Of a stretch of 64,000 nucleotides of DNA, positions 60,104 to 64,000 are shown piece by piece. Each line of letters opens with the position of its first letter. Within the stretch, counting starts at the first letter, position 1. The translations under genes were made by a program, and so were the position numbers. The notes under the pieces are model-generated. The model searched no databases, was not told the DNA's origin, and saw only the letters and a list, made by a program, of their open reading frames with translations. Source of the DNA: an uncultured Collinsella sp. (GTDB taxonomy: Bacteria; Actinomycetota; Coriobacteriia; Coriobacteriales; Coriobacteriaceae); the NCBI GenBank assembly GCA_900762325.1, contig CAAFGG010000048.1, forward strand, positions 19,528 through 83,527. Direction: 5' to 3'.

Positions 60104-63100
60104 TATTCGGAGCGCAAGGCTTCCACGGGGTCTTTTTTGGATGCGCTGCGGGCCGGCAGCAGGCCAGCGACAACCGTCAGCAGCACCGAAATTGCAATGA
60201 GCACCAGCGCATCCTGCACGGGCAGGCTCATCAGGTTGGGGACCTGTTTGGCCGTAAGCGCCCAAGCATTGACCGGGAAGCTCACGGCCACCACGACGAC
60301 AACAGCAAAGACGCCGGCAATGAGGCCCTCGATAAAGGTCTCGGCGTTGAACACGTTTGCCACGTTACGCTTCGACGCGCCAATCGCACGCAGAATGCCA
60401 ATCTCCTTTTTGCGCTCCAGCACGCTGATGTACGTGATGATGCCGATCATGATGGAGCTCACCACCAGGCTGATGCTCACGAATGCGATGAGCACCAAGC
60501 TGATGGTGTTCACGATGTCGGTCACCGAACCCATGATGATACCCATGTAGTCGGTGTACGAGATTGCCTGTTCATCGTGGCCGGCAGCTTTGACCTGCTT
60601 GTTGTACGCATCGATGTGATCGAGCACGCGCTCCTTGGCCTCAAAGTCGCGCGGGAAAATCTTAACCGAGATGGGGTCTGCCTCATCCGCATAGCCCAGC
60701 GTGGTCAGATTGTTATCGTAGGTGAGCTTCGACGCCTTGGCATAGCTCATCATGAGCGAACTCAGGTCCTCGGCGTCCATGTTGAAGTGGATAGCATGAG
60801 CAAAGGCACTCGCATCCACGTGCATGGCGCTCGCCAGGTTGGCAAAACTCGAAGACATCTGCGTCGCCATCTGGTCCATGAGCCCTGCCGCGCCCGCCTT
60901 GAGCTGGGACGATACCGTCGACGCTATCTGCTCGCTGATTGCCTTCATCACCTGATCCATAGCCTGCTGCAGATACGGAGCCAGTTGCTTTTGCACATAG
61001 TCGGTCATCGCCTGCCGCAGGCGCTCGGCCAGGGCATCGCCGCCGAGCGCTTTGAGCTGGGCCAGGATTTGCTGAGCTGCCGTATCGTTCTCAAGATACG
61101 TCGAGAACGCGGCGGCAAGCTTTGACGCGTCCTTAAGATCATCGGGTGTCAGCTCCTTAAACTGATCAGACCGCAAAAAGCCCTCAAACAGCTGGTTGGC
61201 TAGTGTTCCCACCTGCTTCATTTGCTCGGGCGCAAGTTCCAGACCGTCAAAGATACCCGAGAAATCGGGGGCCGGCGCTTTGGCCATGATGTCACTAAAG
61301 TCGATGTCCTTACCAACGCCCGAAAGGTCAATGTTCAGCCCGGACAAATCGATACCAGAAAGGTCGACACCGCCCGCCGCGCCCGAGAGCGCAGATGCAT
61401 CGAACGAGAACGCGCTCTTCAGCGCCGCCTCGTCCACACTGAACATACTGCCCAGATCCACGCCTTGCTTGGCCTCACCTTGCAACTCGTCAAAGGTTTT
61501 GCCCGTAAAGACATCCGTCTCGGGGTGGGCAAGCTGCTCCTGCACGATCTGCGAATCGGCGGCGCGCTTCATAAGCTGGCATGTCAGCGCATGCGTATAG
61601 GCAATGCCCGGGGATAATGCGCTCGCGTTGGCCGTCTCGTTGGGTCGCACCACGCCCACAATGCGCACGTCAATGCCGTCGGCAACCTTGGCCGCCATAA
61701 AGTCGGCATCGCCAGACATGTCAGTCCACATGCCGGTCTCTTCATTTTTGCGATAGGCATCTGCCGGCGACAGCACCTTAAACGTCGTGGACAGCGCATC
61801 GTCGTAGGTAAAGTCGGTGCCGCTCTTGGGCGTCTCGACCCTGCCGTCAGCCGTCATGGCGCTGTTAACCAGGCCGTTGAGCTCATCGATATCCAGCGCG
61901 CCGATGCTGTAGAGCGTGTAGTCGCCCACTGTGCCGCGGCTCGAAAGCACCATCACAGCCTCGTTGGCGGACGTAGGCCAATGGCCGGCAACGACATCGT
62001 ACTGGCTATCGAGCAGACTCTGGTCGTCAATCATTTCGTTAAAGACCGAGGTCCCCATGGACTCCATGCTCACCGTTGCCGCCGAGCTCGCGCCTCCGCT
62101 CATGGCCTCGGTCATAGCGTTGGGGACAAGCCGGACGGGCTTCTCGTCGCCCTCGTTCAAACGATAGACAACCGGCGTCACACCGTAACCATACTGGATA
62201 GCGTTGACCTCTTTGTCGATACCGTTGCCGCCGTCGTCAAGCCATGTCTTAAAGCTCGTCATATCGTTAGATTTAACGCTTGCGAACATATCCTTTACGG
62301 CCGTGACCACGGGAATCGTATCGGTTCCCTTAGCCTTGCCGCCGGTGGCGCCGTCAGACGAGCCCTCGCCCTTGGACGCCTCCTCATCCGCAGTCCCATT
62401 CCCGCCCATCATGGATGACAGGTCATAATCTTGTTTGGAAATCGTAAGCGGGTAGCTCGAGAGCGTGTCCTCCTCGACCTTTTTGATGTAGCCGTTTACG
62501 CCGTTGGACAGCGCCAGAATCGCTGCGATGCCAATAATGCCAATCGAACCCGCAAAGGCAGTCATGGCCGTACGGCCCTTCTTGGTCATGAGGTTTCGGG
62601 CAGAAAGCCCCAGCGCCGTCACAAAGCTCATCGAGGTTTTGCGCGTGGGCTTGGCCTCGCGACGCGCGGCCTCGGTAGCATCAAAGGGATCTGAATCGTC
62701 GGTGATCTTGCCGTCCGCCAGGGTGACGATGCGTGTGGCGTACCTGTATGCCAACTCGGGATTGTGCGTGACCATGATGACCAAACGATCGCGCGCAACA
62801 TCCTTGAGCAAATCCATGACCTGTACGGATGTCGTTGAGTCCAAGGCGCCGGTCGGCTCGTCAGCCAGCACAATCTCGGGATCGTTGATTAAGGCGCGGG
62901 CGATGGCGACGCGCTGCATCTGCCCGCCCGAAAGCTGGCTCGGGCGCTTGTCAACGTGCTCGCCCAGGCCAACTGCCTCGAGCGCCTTGCGCGCACGCTG
63001 GCGGCGCTCGGCACGCCCCACGCCCGTGAGCGTAAGCGCCAGCTCCACGTTTTCCAAAATGGTCTGATGCGGAATGAGGTTATAGCTCTGGAACACAAAG

Positions 63101-63357
63101 CCGATGCGATTGTTACGATAGGCGTCCCAATCGCGGTCGCTGAAGTCCTTGGTCGAGATGCCATCGATCAGCAGGTCGCCGGAATCGAAATGGTCGAGTC
63201 CACCAATGACGTTGAGCATCGTAGTTTTACCCGAACCCGAGGGACCCAGGATGGCTACAAACTCGTTATCGCGAAAAGACAGGCTTACGCTGTCGAGCGC
63301 TACCTGCGTAAACGACTGCGTAACGTACCTTTTGCAAATATCTCTGAGATCCAGCAT
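60103..63357 (-). CDS. MacB/FtsX-type ABC transporter, fused ATPase-permease
   Basis: GPSGSGKTT, LSGGQMQR, LADEPTGALD, ERKKEIGILRAIGA. Confidence 0.92.
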   Translation of the reverse strand: MLDLRDICKRYVTQSFTQVALDSVSLSFRDNEFVAILGPSGSGKTTMLNVIGGLDHFDSGDLLIDGISTKDFSDRDWDAYRNNRIGFVFQSYNLIPHQTILENVELALTLTGVGRAERRQRARKALEAVGLGEHVDKRPSQLSGGQMQRVAIARALINDPEIVLADEPTGALDSTTSVQVMDLLKDVARDRLVIMVTHNPELAYRYATRIVTLADGKITDDSDPFDATEAARREAKPTRKTSMSFVTALGLSARNLMTKKGRTAMTAFAGSIGIIGIAAILALSNGVNGYIKKVEEDTLSSYPLTISKQDYDLSSMMGGNGTADEEASKGEGSSDGATGGKAKGTDTIPVVTAVKDMFASVKSNDMTSFKTWLDDGGNGIDKEVNAIQYGYGVTPVVYRLNEGDEKPVRLVPNAMTEAMSGGASSAATVSMESMGTSVFNEMIDDQSLLDSQYDVVAGHWPTSANEAVMVLSSRGTVGDYTLYSIGALDIDELNGLVNSAMTADGRVETPKSGTDFTYDDALSTTFKVLSPADAYRKNEETGMWTDMSGDADFMAAKVADGIDVRIVGVVRPNETANASALSPGIAYTHALTCQLMKRAADSQIVQEQLAHPETDVFTGKTFDELQGEAKQGVDLGSMFSVDEAALKSAFSFDASALSGAAGGVDLSGIDLSGLNIDLSGVGKDIDFSDIMAKAPAPDFSGIFDGLELAPEQMKQVGTLANQLFEGFLRSDQFKELTPDDLKDASKLAAAFSTYLENDTAAQQILAQLKALGGDALAERLRQAMTDYVQKQLAPYLQQAMDQVMKAISEQIASTVSSQLKAGAAGLMDQMATQMSSSFANLASAMHVDASAFAHAIHFNMDAEDLSSLMMSYAKASKLTYDNNLTTLGYADEADPISVKIFPRDFEAKERVLDHIDAYNKQVKAAGHDEQAISYTDYMGIIMGSVTDIVNTISLVLIAFVSISLVVSSIMIGIITYISVLERKKEIGILRAIGASKRNVANVFNAETFIEGLIAGVFAVVVVVAVSFPVNAWALTAKQVPNLMSLPVQDALVLIAISVLLTVVAGLLPARSASKKDPVEALRSE

Positions 63358-63501
63358 GGACGGCAACCTCTCCCCCGCCGTTCGCATCCAACGCGTTTGA
63401 CCTACTCTATCAGCTTTTTTGTCGGTACCAGCAAGGAATGTAACGAACAGAAAACGGGACGGCGCGCCGCATGGCGCACCATCCCGCACATAGCATCGAA
63501 G

Positions 63502-63543
63502 GTGTGACAAAGGGACAGCCCCTTTGTCACACCTTTGTCACAT
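63502..63543. repeat. REP-like palindrome family A with partial duplicated arm
   Basis: gtgtgacaaagggacagcccctttgtcacac-ctttgtcacat. Confidence 0.85.
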
Positions 63544-63549
63544 TCGGAC

Positions 63550-64000
63550 TTACTGTTCGCTCTTCGCGAGTGCCTGATCGATCAGTTTGTTGAGCGCCTC
63601 GCGCTGCTCAGCGGAGTTGATGCCGCCCATGATCGGCTCTCCCACAATGTTACCGTTCTGGTCGATCACGTAGGTGGTCGGGAACGAGTACAGGTTGGAG
63701 GTGAACTTTCCGGCCTCGCTGTCCGACTTAAACCAGATGTTCTTATACGTCACGCCCTTCTTGGAAAGCACGTCCTTGGCATCGGCCACCTCGTCTTTGT
63801 TGCCATCGAGCGTAAAGGAATTAACGCCCACGACCTGGCCGCCCTTCTCGGCAAGCTCCTTGTTGAGCTTCTCCAGATCGCCCAGCTCTCCCACGCACGG
63901 CTTGCAGGTGGTAAACCAGAAGTTCATGACGGTGACCTTGTTCTTGGAGAACAGCTCGTCGCTGTTTACATCGTTGCCGTCCAAGTCCTTGCCCTTAAAG
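63550..64000 (-). CDS. TlpA/ResA-like thioredoxin-fold protein (5' end outside window)
   Basis: NFWFTTCKPC, FPTTYVID. Confidence 0.88.
   Translation of the reverse strand, partial: FKGKDLDGNDVNSDELFSKNKVTVMNFWFTTCKPCVGELGDLEKLNKELAEKGGQVVGVNSFTLDGNKDEVADAKDVLSKKGVTYKNIWFKSDSEAGKFTSNLYSFPTTYVIDQNGNIVGEPIMGGINSAEQREALNKLIDQALAKSEQ

Noticed and set aside
61300..61380. (I/V)DLSG peptide repeats in the ABC permease
   Set aside because: Short low-complexity linker; no further evidence of significance.

Overview
High-GC bacterial chromosome segment; gene content (bile salt hydrolase, KUP, MtaR-type LysR, thi operon) suggests a gut Coriobacteriia such as Collinsella (inference). It holds about 58 CDS, mostly housekeeping or metabolic: transporters, thiM-ykoF-thiE under a TPP riboswitch, tRNA/rRNA-modification enzymes, prfC, ung, a tandem GGDEF/EAL pair and a hybrid kinase. 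No rRNA, tRNA, CRISPR array or transposase was seen. Main points of interest: (1) a ~6 kb cassette (54.0-59.9 kb) encoding a deiminase, an OTC-like carbamoyltransferase with rewritten acceptor-site motifs, two paralogous MFS transporters and a TetR with candidate operators, bracketed by ~60-bp direct repeats and next to a 185-bp foldback element; (2) a preQ1-I-like riboswitch upstream of a queuosine-precursor transporter plus a classical SDR, which suggests an uncharacterised queuosine-salvage enzyme; (3) three families of GGGAC-core REP-like palindromes, two copies of which supply stop codons; (4) an unannotated 47-aa membrane peptide, a degenerate peptide deformylase and a candidate sRNA. 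Many start codons were moved from the ORF track using RBS and homology cues.
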